Made by a program: the position numbers and the translations under genes. A stretch of 64,000 bases of DNA from Candidatus Thalassarchaeaceae archaeon (GTDB lineage Archaea; Thermoplasmatota; Poseidoniia; Poseidoniales; Thalassarchaeaceae), in assembly GCA_030747485.1 (NCBI GenBank), contig JASLKP010000004.1, positions 5,244 through 69,243 on the forward strand, written 5' to 3'. Positions 1 through 9,486 of the stretch are shown in pieces. The notes under the pieces were generated by a model, which worked only from the letters and a program-made list of their open reading frames with translations, was not told where the DNA came from and ran no database searches. Each line of letters starts with the position of its first letter. Positions within the stretch are counted from its first letter, which is position 1.

Positions 1-2
1 AC

Positions 3-2639
3 AGCGGTAACGTGGGTGGCGGTACTGGATTTGAAACGGTTTCATTGTCTTCAGGATCTTCGTCCACTACATGGACAGTCCCTAACAATCTCGTAAATGG
101 TGGCGCTACAAACATGAATGTGGTTGCTGCATTGTACGGTGGTTGGAGCACCAGCAGTTTCCAGGAAGATGTCTATGCTGCTGCAGATGGAACCATGCAA
201 CCTCCAATTGATGTTGCCGTACACAGTCTAACTGTTGAGAACCAAGATGGTGCTCCTGGCTTCATGTCTGGAGATATGCTAGACCTTGAGGTCACGGTGC
301 GTAACACTGGAGCAGATACCTATTCAGATGGTGGTACAATCTCTCTTTACCACTCACAGGGTGGCCAAGATACACTGATTGATAGTACATATCTGAACAC
401 TCTATCAAATGCCGCAGGTTCAACAAACACCCAGACGTTTAGTGCATCATTCTCAACCTCAAGTATTACGAATACGCCGAATGGTCAGAGCACCTTCAAG
501 GCACAATTGAGTGGTTTGACTGGAGATGGAAATGGTGGGAACAACGTGGGCTTGAACTACATGCCTCACGATTTCACTCCAAGTACAGATACACCCGTTG
601 CAGATGGTACTACTTCGATCCCCCGTGGTGGTTCACTTGATTTCGATGTTAGCGGTAATCCTCAAGATTCTGTTGATACAATGCTAACCATGACTCCTGA
701 GTTTGAAGTCAGTCCATCTGGTGGCGGAGCATGGTCCAGCGCTTGGGTGATTGCACCCTCTAGTATCACTGCACCAGGTACTGAATACGAGCGATATGTG
801 TTCACAGTATCTCCAGTTAGTACTGCTGGAAGTGGTGATTACGACGTCCGTGCTCGCTTTACAGACGCACGCGGCCAAGTCAGTGATTGGAAGACAGCAA
901 ACGATGCCTTCACACTAATGAATGGTCTACCAATTGTGGTCGACCCATCACAGCCAGACAATACACCTGCCAGTTGTAGTGCATTCCCAGGTCTTCCCAC
1001 TGTGAAGGTTCAGACGGATGAATCTGTCTCAATCGATGGTCTAGTTTGTGACGCTGAAACACCACTCTCAAGTTTGTTGATTACCAGTAATGATCCATCC
1101 TTCCTTGGTTGGAATCCATCATCTCAAACGATTGATGTCAACTTCCCATCTATGCAATGGGATAGTATGGGCAATCCATTGCCACAAGGTATTGGAATCT
1201 CAATTAATGATGGAGAGGATACCAATACTGGTACATTGATGTTCAATGTGATTGAGAATGGTCAACCACGCTGGTCTAGCGTTAATGCTGTATCCTTTGA
1301 TGAAGGTGGTAGCACTTCTGTTAACCTTGCAGGATATCTATCAGATACCACAGACAATGGGGCACCAGCTAGTGTAATGGATCTCGTCATTAGTGTCGTC
1401 TCTGTAGAACCAGCAGGTATTGTTACTGCTGAAGTTTGGAGCAAATCTCTTTCACTCAACGCCGTTGATGATGACACATATGGAAGTGTAATCATCACTC
1501 TTCGAGCAACTGATGCTGATGGTAATATTGGAGATACGGTAATGCACGTTCACGTTCAGAACATCAACGATGCTCCTCGATTTGACAATACAGGTTTTGA
1601 TAATCTCATAGTCCAAAGTGGCCAGAGTCTAGAAATTGACCTTGCATCTCAAATGAACGATGTAGACGATGATAATGCTGAGATTTGGATTACAACCTCA
1701 GCACAACCAGCCGGCGCAGCTCAATACAATCCAATTAGTGGCATGCTAACATTGTCATGGGACCAACCAGGTGAACAACTTGTCACCCTTTCGGCCAGTG
1801 ACACTCACGGTGCAGATGGGACTTGGCAATTTGCAGTAACAATTGTTGACACACTCCCTCTTTCATTCTGTACAGATGAAAATTGCACAAACGGAGATCT
1901 TGACGTAACAATCATCAATTTACATTATGGAATGAATGCTTCAGTATTCGTTCAGCAAGTCAGTGATTTACAATTGTCAGATATTATCATCAATTGGCAA
2001 ATTTGCAACAAACAATCAGGAATTTGTCACACAGATGGTAATGAAATGCCAACCGGTACTGAACTAATGACTGGGCACTCGTTCGCTGCAAGTCACACCA
2101 ATGGGAATGGATTTGAGAACTTTGACGAGTTGAAAATTTTCGTTAGAGCCGTTGATAGTAATGGATTTGACCGACAATCTGAACAAGTCCACTATGATGC
2201 TACTACTGATCCTGCATCTGTTGATGATGACACTGGTACAGATGGCAATGAAGACAATTCAGAATCTGGAGATAGTGATGATTCCTCATCCTCTGCAAGT
2301 GGTGGAATGAGCAGCGTCGCATTATTAGGCATCATTGGATTGGTTGCCTTGGTCATTCTTGCAGGTGTTCTTTCGATGATGCTTCTTCGTGGAGGCCGTC
2401 AATCTGAACCGACCGTTGATTGGGGTACAGAGGCAGCCTTTGGCGCACCCGGATCCGCAGTTGCACCAACAATGATGACTGCACAGGCACCAGTTGCATC
2501 ACAAACAGTTCCGGATTACACTCATCTCCCAGTCGGTGGCCAGTATGTGACTGGACACGCAGGAGAGACAGTATATCTAGCACCAAATGGAACTGCTTGG
2601 ACAATGCAAGCAGATAACTCGTTCATTCGAACATCTTGA
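3..2639 (+). CDS. Large secreted surface/adhesin-like protein, 5'-truncated by the window edge; cadherin-like repeat signature and C-terminal TM anchor
   Basis: The frame stays open back to position 3. The sequence is Thr/Ser/Gly/Asp-rich and beta-type. HVQNINDAPRF resembles the cadherin DxNDNxPxF repeat boundary. A hydrophobic helix VALLGIIGLVALVILAGVLSMMLL followed by RGGR lies near the C-terminus. Confidence 0.75.
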   Translation, partial: SGNVGGGTGFETVSLSSGSSSTTWTVPNNLVNGGATNMNVVAALYGGWSTSSFQEDVYAAADGTMQPPIDVAVHSLTVENQDGAPGFMSGDMLDLEVTVRNTGADTYSDGGTISLYHSQGGQDTLIDSTYLNTLSNAAGSTNTQTFSASFSTSSITNTPNGQSTFKAQLSGLTGDGNGGNNVGLNYMPHDFTPSTDTPVADGTTSIPRGGSLDFDVSGNPQDSVDTMLTMTPEFEVSPSGGGAWSSAWVIAPSSITAPGTEYERYVFTVSPVSTAGSGDYDVRARFTDARGQVSDWKTANDAFTLMNGLPIVVDPSQPDNTPASCSAFPGLPTVKVQTDESVSIDGLVCDAETPLSSLLITSNDPSFLGWNPSSQTIDVNFPSMQWDSMGNPLPQGIGISINDGEDTNTGTLMFNVIENGQPRWSSVNAVSFDEGGSTSVNLAGYLSDTTDNGAPASVMDLVISVVSVEPAGIVTAEVWSKSLSLNAVDDDTYGSVIITLRATDADGNIGDTVMHVHVQNINDAPRFDNTGFDNLIVQSGQSLEIDLASQMNDVDDDNAEIWITTSAQPAGAAQYNPISGMLTLSWDQPGEQLVTLSASDTHGADGTWQFAVTIVDTLPLSFCTDENCTNGDLDVTIINLHYGMNASVFVQQVSDLQLSDIIINWQICNKQSGICHTDGNEMPTGTELMTGHSFAASHTNGNGFENFDELKIFVRAVDSNGFDRQSEQVHYDATTDPASVDDDTGTDGNEDNSESGDSDDSSSSASGGMSSVALLGIIGLVALVILAGVLSMMLLRGGRQSEPTVDWGTEAAFGAPGSAVAPTMMTAQAPVASQTVPDYTHLPVGGQYVTGHAGETVYLAPNGTAWTMQADNSFIRTS

Positions 2640-2665
2640 GATGAACGACGACCCCATTCGCCTCT

Positions 2666-2684
2666 CCGCCGCTTGATGCGGCGG
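2666..2684. terminator. GC-rich hairpin downstream of the surface-protein gene
   Basis: Perfect 7-bp stem CCGCCGC-ttgat-GCGGCGG about 27 nt after the stop at 2637-2639. A weaker stem TGCCCC...GGGGCA follows. Confidence 0.3.
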
Positions 2685-2747
2685 ATTGGCGTATGCCCCA
2701 TGATTGAATAGCGGGGCACTAGCCTGCCCTCGACTAGGTGACCGTGT

Positions 2748-3236
2748 ATGTCGGCTGAGGGTGATGACCAGCGGCTACGGATTCTTCAATTTCTGTTGCA
2801 AAATGAAGGAATCAATTTGGGAGGCATTATTCGGGGGTTACAGCTTGGAAACCATCAGGCTGCACATCATCTCCGTATCCTAGAAGATGAACGAAGAATT
2901 TGGTCTCGTAAAGATGGACGACTTCTACGATATTACACCTCGGCAATACATATGCAAACCCCCATTACTCAATTGCCCGCACCTCCATTACCACAAGATC
3001 CGAATTCTGTATTGATTCAGTTACTCGACCGATTGGCCCGTACACCGGAGGGTGGAGCGATGGGTCCTCCTACTCAGGGACAGTTGGCATTGGAACTAGG
3101 ATGCAGTCAACAACTGATTAGTTATCATCTGAAGGCCCTGACTGACGGTGGCCTTGTAATTGCAGTTCAAGATGGTGTGAGAAAGATTTGGCAAGTCACT
3201 CCAACAGGCTTCAATTTACTCGCTGAAAACCGTTGA
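2748..3236 (+). CDS. Transcriptional regulator with two winged-helix (ArsR-like) modules
   Basis: There are two wHTH-like segments: RILQFLLQNEGINLGGIIRGLQLGNHQAAHHLRILEDERRIWSRKDGRLLRYY and QGQLALELGCSQQLISYHLKALTDGGLVIAVQDGVRKIW. Confidence 0.6.
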   Translation: MSAEGDDQRLRILQFLLQNEGINLGGIIRGLQLGNHQAAHHLRILEDERRIWSRKDGRLLRYYTSAIHMQTPITQLPAPPLPQDPNSVLIQLLDRLARTPEGGAMGPPTQGQLALELGCSQQLISYHLKALTDGGLVIAVQDGVRKIWQVTPTGFNLLAENR

Positions 3237-3493
3237 TGCCACCATTTTCTTTTGAACTTAGGCGAATGTACGCAGGTCAAGTATTAAGAGCGGTCGACGA
3301 AGGCCGAAGTTCCATGTCTGTAGAGGCTATGGTACAAGGAATGATTGACACGTTGAATGAAGCACTCGCTGATGCTGGAAAGCACGACCGAGGGAACTCC
3401 GCCGCGGGTACACGCGTACGCAAGGCAATGCAGACCATCAAGGGCTGCGCGCAGGATGTGCGAAAGCAGGTCCAAGCTGACAAGAACGCTTGA
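3236..3493 (+). CDS. Small histone H1-like (Hc1-family-like) basic protein
   Basis: The core GNSAAGTRVRKAMQTIKGCAQDVRKQV matches my recollection of the GN(K/A)AAxxRxRK...R signature of short bacterial Hc1/H1-like proteins. ATG 3236 overlaps the upstream TGA (TGATG). The true start could be an internal Met (MSVEAM...). Confidence 0.55.
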   Translation: MPPFSFELRRMYAGQVLRAVDEGRSSMSVEAMVQGMIDTLNEALADAGKHDRGNSAAGTRVRKAMQTIKGCAQDVRKQVQADKNA

Positions 3494-3508
3494 TTATTCA
3501 GCGTATTT

Positions 3509-3540
3509 GCCCCCGTTTTGACTTCGGTCAAGGCGGGGGC
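3509..3540. terminator. Bidirectional stem-loop between convergent genes
   Basis: GCCCCCGTTTTGAC-TTCG-GTCAAGGCGGGGGC forms a 14-pair stem (two G-U wobbles in RNA) closed by a UUCG tetraloop. It lies between stops at 3493 (+) and 3551 (-). Confidence 0.45.
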
Positions 3541-3550
3541 CTCTTACGTT

Positions 3551-5071
3551 TCAGTTTACACTGATTTCAGTGTGTGTTGTCCAAATCACCCATTCACCAC
3601 CACCATTCATGAAATCCGCCTTTCCGGTTGTTTGGTACCAACCTTGTTCGGGAGAGTCCCATTCAATCCCTGGTGATAGCACAATCCATTCTACCGATGA
3701 TAAGTTTCCACGATTTTCAACAGGGTCGTTGGAAAATAATTCATCCTCCCATCCTGAATCAGGTGAACGCCAATGTCCTGTGATATTCCGTTCGGTAACA
3801 TCATTGATTTCTGTATGGAATGTGTACAGATAGTGCATACCAAGTGTCGCATCATGAACGAAGAGGAAATCCTCGTAATCTTCCATGTTTTCACACAGTA
3901 CTTCAGCGGCATCATCAGTCCAATAAGTTTGACCGTGTAATCCAGTAGCAAGAGAAAGTGGTAGGATGAGCAATACTCCCATGGCTGCTTTCTTTTCAGT
4001 CCAGTAAATCTCACCATTTACTCGTTTTACCAAAAGATAGGATGGAATGGCCAATATTGTGATGTATCGTCCATTGTTACCCATTGTCCACATATGCCAA
4101 GGCCATTCAGAATCCCATAGAATCGATTCAAAGGTCCACAGACAAGCTACGTAAGCAACAATTGCCCCTGACAGAATTCCAATGAAGAGAGATAATTCAC
4201 CCGTCAACCGATCTTCATTTTCTCCCATTTTATTCCAAGTATCCATTGCGAAAGGCCACAGGACCATTCCTACCAATCCATAGATAATGATGACCCCAAA
4301 GATGGAGATTGGTAAGGCCTGAAGAAAACGGAATGTATCTGTTGTCACAACTGTAAATGATCCGTATCCATAAATGCCCAGTGCAACAATACTCAGCAAC
4401 CCTAACCCAAATCCACTGATGAGGGTTTTTTGTGGTTGAAACCAATCATCTGGTACTCGGTCAATTAGAATTCCAATTAAAGTTAGACAGAGTAACGGGA
4501 TTAACATCTCCATAGGCTCAAGCTTCAATTTCAAGATTAATATCCATAGTGTGAATATAGATGCAATCAAAATTGCAGTGATTCTAGCAATTTCGGTTTT
4601 TTCACGTTTGTAATTCTTTGACGTACTCCATATTGCCCATACGACTCCAAGTATGGCCAGATAGGTGTATTCTGAATATCCTCTTCCTACTGAGAAAATT
4701 AGGGCTGGATTCAATAATAGTACAATAATCGTTTCTTTTTCTAAACCCACACGTCTTGCAATCAAGATAGCAATAATCATCCCAATGACTGCGAAGGGCA
4801 TGGTTGCTCCAGTCGTGACACTACTTGCTGGAACTTCCTTCGCATTCGATGGATCCGAAGCGAGTGGGTCTTCGGTTCTGACATCTCCCCAATCCAATAC
4901 CCACCCGTCACCAGATTCAACATATGCGCCTTCAACGTGAACATCCAATCCAATATTACTGGTCAGAATCGTGAATACATTCAGACCAATAGCCAACCAG
5001 AACAATCCTTTCCAGAACCAATCTTGCTTGTAGAGTGGCACATGCTCATCGAAGGTGGCCGACTCTTCCAT
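3551..5071 (-). CDS. Polytopic integral membrane protein with C-terminal soluble domain, function unknown
   Basis: About 10 or more hydrophobic helices are followed by a ~130-aa Trp/Glu-rich C-terminal domain. I recognised no catalytic motif. Confidence 0.6.
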   Translation of the reverse strand: MEESATFDEHVPLYKQDWFWKGLFWLAIGLNVFTILTSNIGLDVHVEGAYVESGDGWVLDWGDVRTEDPLASDPSNAKEVPASSVTTGATMPFAVIGMIIAILIARRVGLEKETIIVLLLNPALIFSVGRGYSEYTYLAILGVVWAIWSTSKNYKREKTEIARITAILIASIFTLWILILKLKLEPMEMLIPLLCLTLIGILIDRVPDDWFQPQKTLISGFGLGLLSIVALGIYGYGSFTVVTTDTFRFLQALPISIFGVIIIYGLVGMVLWPFAMDTWNKMGENEDRLTGELSLFIGILSGAIVAYVACLWTFESILWDSEWPWHMWTMGNNGRYITILAIPSYLLVKRVNGEIYWTEKKAAMGVLLILPLSLATGLHGQTYWTDDAAEVLCENMEDYEDFLFVHDATLGMHYLYTFHTEINDVTERNITGHWRSPDSGWEDELFSNDPVENRGNLSSVEWIVLSPGIEWDSPEQGWYQTTGKADFMNGGGEWVIWTTHTEISVN

Positions 5072-5113
5072 GTGTCCGTTCCAGACACTGATGGCTATGA
5101 TTGCACCGGATGT

Positions 5114-6136
5114 TCAGAAGTCAAAGAGTGACGATTGTCCGGATTCGCGAACACGACCAACACTCTTCATACGGTCAAGTGCACGTTTGAGACGAGCGTC
5201 ACTAAATCCACGTTCATCTTGGAGAAATCTCCGCAACTCCTTTTCATTCACAATTCCACTTGATGGCAATGCATCAACGTTGATTGGATGATGATGGAAT
5301 ATCTTTCGAATTTCTTCAATATTTTCAGGAATATCCTTTTCTTTGGCTTCACAAACCGCCTCAATAGTACCATATTCTTTGATTAATTTCAAACCGGTCT
5401 TGGGCCCTATTCCTTTGATTCCTGGATGGAAATCGGTTCCAATCATAATTCCTAAATCAACCAATTGATCTTGTGTCAAACCATTTTCCGTTAGTAAATC
5501 CTTGAGAATAATTTGTTCAGCAGTCACTGCTCGCCCAAATCTCTTGGTTCCATGGGACATTAAATTACGAACCATAACTGGTGAACCATACAGTAACACA
5601 TCCCAATCTTGGCTAGCGACAGCCGCTACCTCACCATTACGACAGCGTACAGAACAAGCCCCTTCTGCTTCCATTGGCGCTTCAATCCAAGCAACACCAA
5701 GATAGTCAAACATCTCTTTTGTTTCCGCCACCATCTCACGTGTGAAAGAAACAATTTGTGAACCTAATTTTTGTGCCGTATTCCAATCTTCAGCCTCCAC
5801 AGCAGCTTCCCATTTTTCTTTTGCACTTTCCTTACGTGCTTTCCGCTCATCAAGTGTGTCTAATTTCAAGTCGTGTGGTTTCCCATCAAATACAAACACA
5901 GGATCAATTCCATGTTCAATCATGACGGTTGAACGATCCAAGAATCCCATGAGGTGAGAAATTGGTCTGCCCTTTACATCTCGAAGGGGTCCTCCATCTT
6001 GTCCATCTCCTCGGGCTCGTATTGAAGTGATGAATTGATAGGCGACAAGGAAAGCGTCAATGGCGACACGTTGACCAGAAAAATCACTTAATTCAATACG
6101 TTGAGGATTCGCCAAATCCTTCAGATTACAGCCCAT
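5114..6136 (-). CDS. fen: Flap endonuclease 1 (FEN1)
   Basis: N-terminus MGCNLKDL...VAIDAFLVAYQFITSIR, H3TH region GTDFHPGIKGIGPKTGLKLI, C-terminal PIP-like QSSLFDF, and 340 aa as is typical of archaeal FEN1. Confidence 0.93.
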   Translation of the reverse strand: MGCNLKDLANPQRIELSDFSGQRVAIDAFLVAYQFITSIRARGDGQDGGPLRDVKGRPISHLMGFLDRSTVMIEHGIDPVFVFDGKPHDLKLDTLDERKARKESAKEKWEAAVEAEDWNTAQKLGSQIVSFTREMVAETKEMFDYLGVAWIEAPMEAEGACSVRCRNGEVAAVASQDWDVLLYGSPVMVRNLMSHGTKRFGRAVTAEQIILKDLLTENGLTQDQLVDLGIMIGTDFHPGIKGIGPKTGLKLIKEYGTIEAVCEAKEKDIPENIEEIRKIFHHHPINVDALPSSGIVNEKELRRFLQDERGFSDARLKRALDRMKSVGRVRESGQSSLFDF

Positions 6137-6145
6137 GGGACCGCC

Positions 6146-7726
6146 TCAGAATTCCTCAAGATCATCGAGTGCTTCCTCAAAATCATCATCGTACTCTTCT
6201 TCTTCTTCTTCTTCAGATTCAGGTCGCTCCATTTTGTAAACTTGCCAGAATCCAAATCCACCTAGTAGAAGGCCGACTGCAGATACGAGAACAGGATAGT
6301 ATTGCCACGTGAAGTCTTCTCCAAACAGTTCACAAAACTGATGAGGAATTGGATATCGGACACTATCCTGTCCATCAACAGTAATTATGATTGGATTGTA
6401 AATTGAGTGATCTGACTCAGGCCCTGTACAATCTTGGCAAGCATGCAAGGGTACCAATGAACTCTCTCCAGTAATCGGATCTGTTGAGTTAACAATCATC
6501 ATGTCGACGAGAATGGCTTGACCCGGTCTCAAGTCCATGTGATATAGTGAGAAGTATAACTGAACGTATTCTCGACCACGCCTGCTAATCTCAGGGTCGC
6601 CTAGAATCTCTGAATCACCTTCAAAGCCCAATGCCGAAATCGTCTCGCTCCCGTCCTTTGCCGTGTAAATTTCTTCAAATTCAGCATAAATCTGGAATTC
6701 ATAATTTTCGACCATTTCATCGCCGAGAAATGTTCCATCGCGTTCTTCTAACTGTGCGAGTTCCTCAATCGTCCAGATATTGGGGTCATCTGGATTGGCA
6801 GCAGTTCCAGTCATCACCGGTCCTGATATTAGTGGTGCAACAAACATTGCACCCAACAAACCCATTCCAGTCATCAGGATTGAAATTTCCTTGTATGGAA
6901 TCGGTGGTAGTAGTGCGAACCCACCCACGAAAATTCCGATCGAAAAGAGGCACCAGAAAATCAGTCCGAGCCAAGAACTTGTGTTTGTACTTTCAACCTT
7001 GTAACCCGATGCATCCTCATATGGAGATGTGTATCCATCAGTATTGTCTAATCCTGGTACCTGTTCTTGATATGGTTCCATTACAGGAATAACCATCCAT
7101 GAATTATCTCTTCCTAAATCGAGGTTGTAACCGTCACCAAGACCTCCTGGTTTTTGAAATGAAAGTCGAAGGCCAAATGTTTCGTCAGCAGGCACTTCAT
7201 CGATTTGATGATAGAATTCAAAGTAATAGTAATCATTCTCATCCGGCATATCAATGGAGACTTGTGCAATATCTCTGTTCCCCAGTCGTAGAACAATGTT
7301 CACTTGTTTGGAACACTGATTTTGTTCCCAATTACAGATAATTTGTAATTTAACGGCCCCAGTAATCGGGACAGATGAATCGATGGGTACTGCTTCTGTT
7401 GGAGGGTTTGATCCTTCCCAAACAAATTCTCTAGAACCTGCACCATTGTTGGGGTCACCCACAGCATTTCCTTCTCCAACAGTTGCATCTGATGTCCCAT
7501 CTGTGTTTGCTGAATGGGTCCACATTTCCCAAGTATTCTGTGAACCTCCGTTGTCTTCACCGTATAGGTACATCGTGTTTTGTTCATAGGTGAGATTCTT
7601 TGGGTCTTCACTTTGCATGACTCCTGGTCCGATTTCCTGAGCGGTTGAGGGTAAGGTTGTACAAATTAACGAGAATAGGAATAGGCTGAGAACAACCACT
7701 GTGACCCGGCCACCCCGCTGCGACAT
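6146..7726 (-). CDS. Secreted/multi-pass membrane protein with acidic cytoplasmic tail, function unknown
   Basis: Signal-like N-terminus VVVLSLFLFSLICTTLPSTAQE, two ectodomains separated by a hydrophobic block, a terminal TM, and a tail ESEEEEEEEYDDDFEEALDDLEEF. Confidence 0.65.
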   Translation of the reverse strand: MSQRGGRVTVVVLSLFLFSLICTTLPSTAQEIGPGVMQSEDPKNLTYEQNTMYLYGEDNGGSQNTWEMWTHSANTDGTSDATVGEGNAVGDPNNGAGSREFVWEGSNPPTEAVPIDSSVPITGAVKLQIICNWEQNQCSKQVNIVLRLGNRDIAQVSIDMPDENDYYYFEFYHQIDEVPADETFGLRLSFQKPGGLGDGYNLDLGRDNSWMVIPVMEPYQEQVPGLDNTDGYTSPYEDASGYKVESTNTSSWLGLIFWCLFSIGIFVGGFALLPPIPYKEISILMTGMGLLGAMFVAPLISGPVMTGTAANPDDPNIWTIEELAQLEERDGTFLGDEMVENYEFQIYAEFEEIYTAKDGSETISALGFEGDSEILGDPEISRRGREYVQLYFSLYHMDLRPGQAILVDMMIVNSTDPITGESSLVPLHACQDCTGPESDHSIYNPIIITVDGQDSVRYPIPHQFCELFGEDFTWQYYPVLVSAVGLLLGGFGFWQVYKMERPESEEEEEEEYDDDFEEALDDLEEF

Positions 7727-7821
7727 ACCACAAGGGGAGAGGTGCGACCGTTATAGGATTGAAGGCGGACGGTGTGCTGCGGAGCAGCACAGACACCCGC
7801 GTGTAAGGAGGTTGAAAAACG

Positions 7822-8949
7822 ATGCACGTCGAGGCAATTGTCATCGGTGCAGGTTGGCATCCACATCTATTTCGACTAGAAGCACATACTTTGCTTGAAT
7901 CAGAGATTGAAGTCATCCACCCTCATGCCCTTACAATGACTAAATCTGCCTCTGAGGAATATTCTACTCGTTCTAGTTTAATCGCAGAGATTCTGAGTCC
8001 TGCTGGAATTGTAAATCATAATTCAATTGATGAAGTCGCAAATTCAGTGGCTTCAGAATTCCTTGAACTAGGGGTACCAATGACCAGTATTGCAGTTAGG
8101 GGCAGTCGTTCAGGTGACAAACCCAAGAATTGGTCAACCCGTGAAGTTTCAGGGAAAATTGGTGGTCATTTAGTGGATGCTGGATGGGATATTGATTTGA
8201 CAAATCCGGAAGTCATTCTTAGAGTGCATTTGTTGGCACCATCTGAATCTACTTCATACCCAGATGACATCGAGAAAGATGCCATTGTAACATGGGGAAT
8301 TACGACGCATGAAGGTGATGGTTGGGCCACACGAACTGCCCCTAATCGACCCTTTTTCAAACCGATTAGTCTTGACCCAAAATTGGCTCGATCGATGGTT
8401 AACCTTGCTTGTCCAAATCAAGGAAAATTACTGGACCCATTTTGTGGTACGGGAGGATTGGTTGTGGAAGGAATTCTCTGCAATTTAGCATCTTATGGTA
8501 GTGATTTGGCATGGCCAATGGTGACCGGGACTCGGGAGAACGTTCAATGGGCTCAAAATTCACTAAATGGCACTGGAATGGCTGAGATCCGCAATGCTTC
8601 TGCTATCGCATTGCGAGACACATGGTCCGATAAAGCGCCATTCACAGGTTTTGCTTTCGACCCTCCTTATGGACGAAATGCATGGAAATCAGAGGATGGA
8701 TTCGAATTGCTTGATGGAGCCCTCCAATCTTGTGCAGAAATAGGTACCAATGATGCTCGTTTGGTCACACTCTTACCTTGGTCACCAGATTTTATTCACC
8801 AACCTGTGGAAATGGGAATGTCCTTCGGTCAAGAATGGTCACAGGTTGAATCGTTATTCATCTCATCGGGTTGGCAAATCATCAAGACCATTCCGATTCG
8901 TGTACACAGAAGCCTGTCAAGGCTTCTTGTTTTGGCAGAAAGGAAGTGA
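7822..8949 (+). CDS. trm11: THUMP-domain tRNA (guanine-N2) methyltransferase, archaeal Trm11/Trm-G10 type
   Basis: SAM-binding motif LLDPFCGTGGLVVEG and catalytic FDPPYGRN (DPPY). The upstream region is consistent with a THUMP domain. Confidence 0.75.
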   Translation: MHVEAIVIGAGWHPHLFRLEAHTLLESEIEVIHPHALTMTKSASEEYSTRSSLIAEILSPAGIVNHNSIDEVANSVASEFLELGVPMTSIAVRGSRSGDKPKNWSTREVSGKIGGHLVDAGWDIDLTNPEVILRVHLLAPSESTSYPDDIEKDAIVTWGITTHEGDGWATRTAPNRPFFKPISLDPKLARSMVNLACPNQGKLLDPFCGTGGLVVEGILCNLASYGSDLAWPMVTGTRENVQWAQNSLNGTGMAEIRNASAIALRDTWSDKAPFTGFAFDPPYGRNAWKSEDGFELLDGALQSCAEIGTNDARLVTLLPWSPDFIHQPVEMGMSFGQEWSQVESLFISSGWQIIKTIPIRVHRSLSRLLVLAERK

Positions 8950-9020
8950 GCGGTGCAGGATTCGAACCCGCGTCGACGGGTCCGAAGCCCGTCAGGATAT
9001 CCAGACTACCCTAACCGCCC
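8947..9020 (-). tRNA. tRNA-Arg (anticodon UCG)
   Basis: I folded a 74-nt cloverleaf by hand: acceptor GGGCGGT/ACCGCTC, A14, G18G19, anticodon stem ACGGG/CCCGT with loop CUUCGGA, and T-arm GCGGG-TTCGAAT-CCTGC. No CCA is encoded. Confidence 0.88.
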
Positions 9021-9075
9021 GTTTGGGTCGTGACGCACCCCCTCCTTCAAAGCGTCGGAAGTCTAGCGGAGAGAT

Positions 9076-9486
9076 ATGGGAGGATGGCCGAGTACCCCTT
9101 GCATCGAGAAAGGATGCAGTTTTTGTTGCCGTTCAACCGAAATGCCATTATCGAAATCTGATGTATCTCGTTTAGTCGTTATCACAGGGTTAGAGCCCAA
9201 TTCATTCAGTCATGTGATTGATGGCGTACGGATCTTATTGAATCGTTCAGAGACCAAAGCTTGTGTCTTCCTTGACACTGATTCGAAGGATGAAAATGCG
9301 CCTGGAATTTGTTCAGTTTACGAACACCGTCCCATTGGTTGTCAATCGTATCCTCTGATTCTAAATGATGAAGATGAGGCATTCTTAGATGATTTATGTC
9401 CTCATCGTGAGGCTTTCCCTGAAGCCCCTCCTGCCTTGCTGTTGATGCTTCGTCAATTGGATGCTGAGATTCAAGGCCAATCTTGA
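9076..9486 (+). CDS. YkgJ-family cysteine-cluster protein (CxxCxxCC, UPF0153)
   Basis: N-terminal CIEKGCSFCC plus downstream CVF...C...C pattern, 136 aa. Confidence 0.6.
   Translation: MGGWPSTPCIEKGCSFCCRSTEMPLSKSDVSRLVVITGLEPNSFSHVIDGVRILLNRSETKACVFLDTDSKDENAPGICSVYEHRPIGCQSYPLILNDEDEAFLDDLCPHREAFPEAPPALLLMLRQLDAEIQGQS

Noticed and set aside
3551-5071. The polytopic membrane protein might be the oligosaccharyltransferase AglB or a GT-C glycosyltransferase, given the many sequon-rich neighbours.
   Set aside because: There is no WWDYG-type motif or other recognisable GT-C catalytic signature, and 506 aa is short for AglB. It is left as unknown.
8750-9175. A 141-aa ORF spanning tRNA-Arg. Similarly, the 133-aa ORF at 55885-56286 spans tRNA-Leu.
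   Set aside because: Both run through well-folded tRNA genes and overlap strongly supported CDSs. They are spurious.
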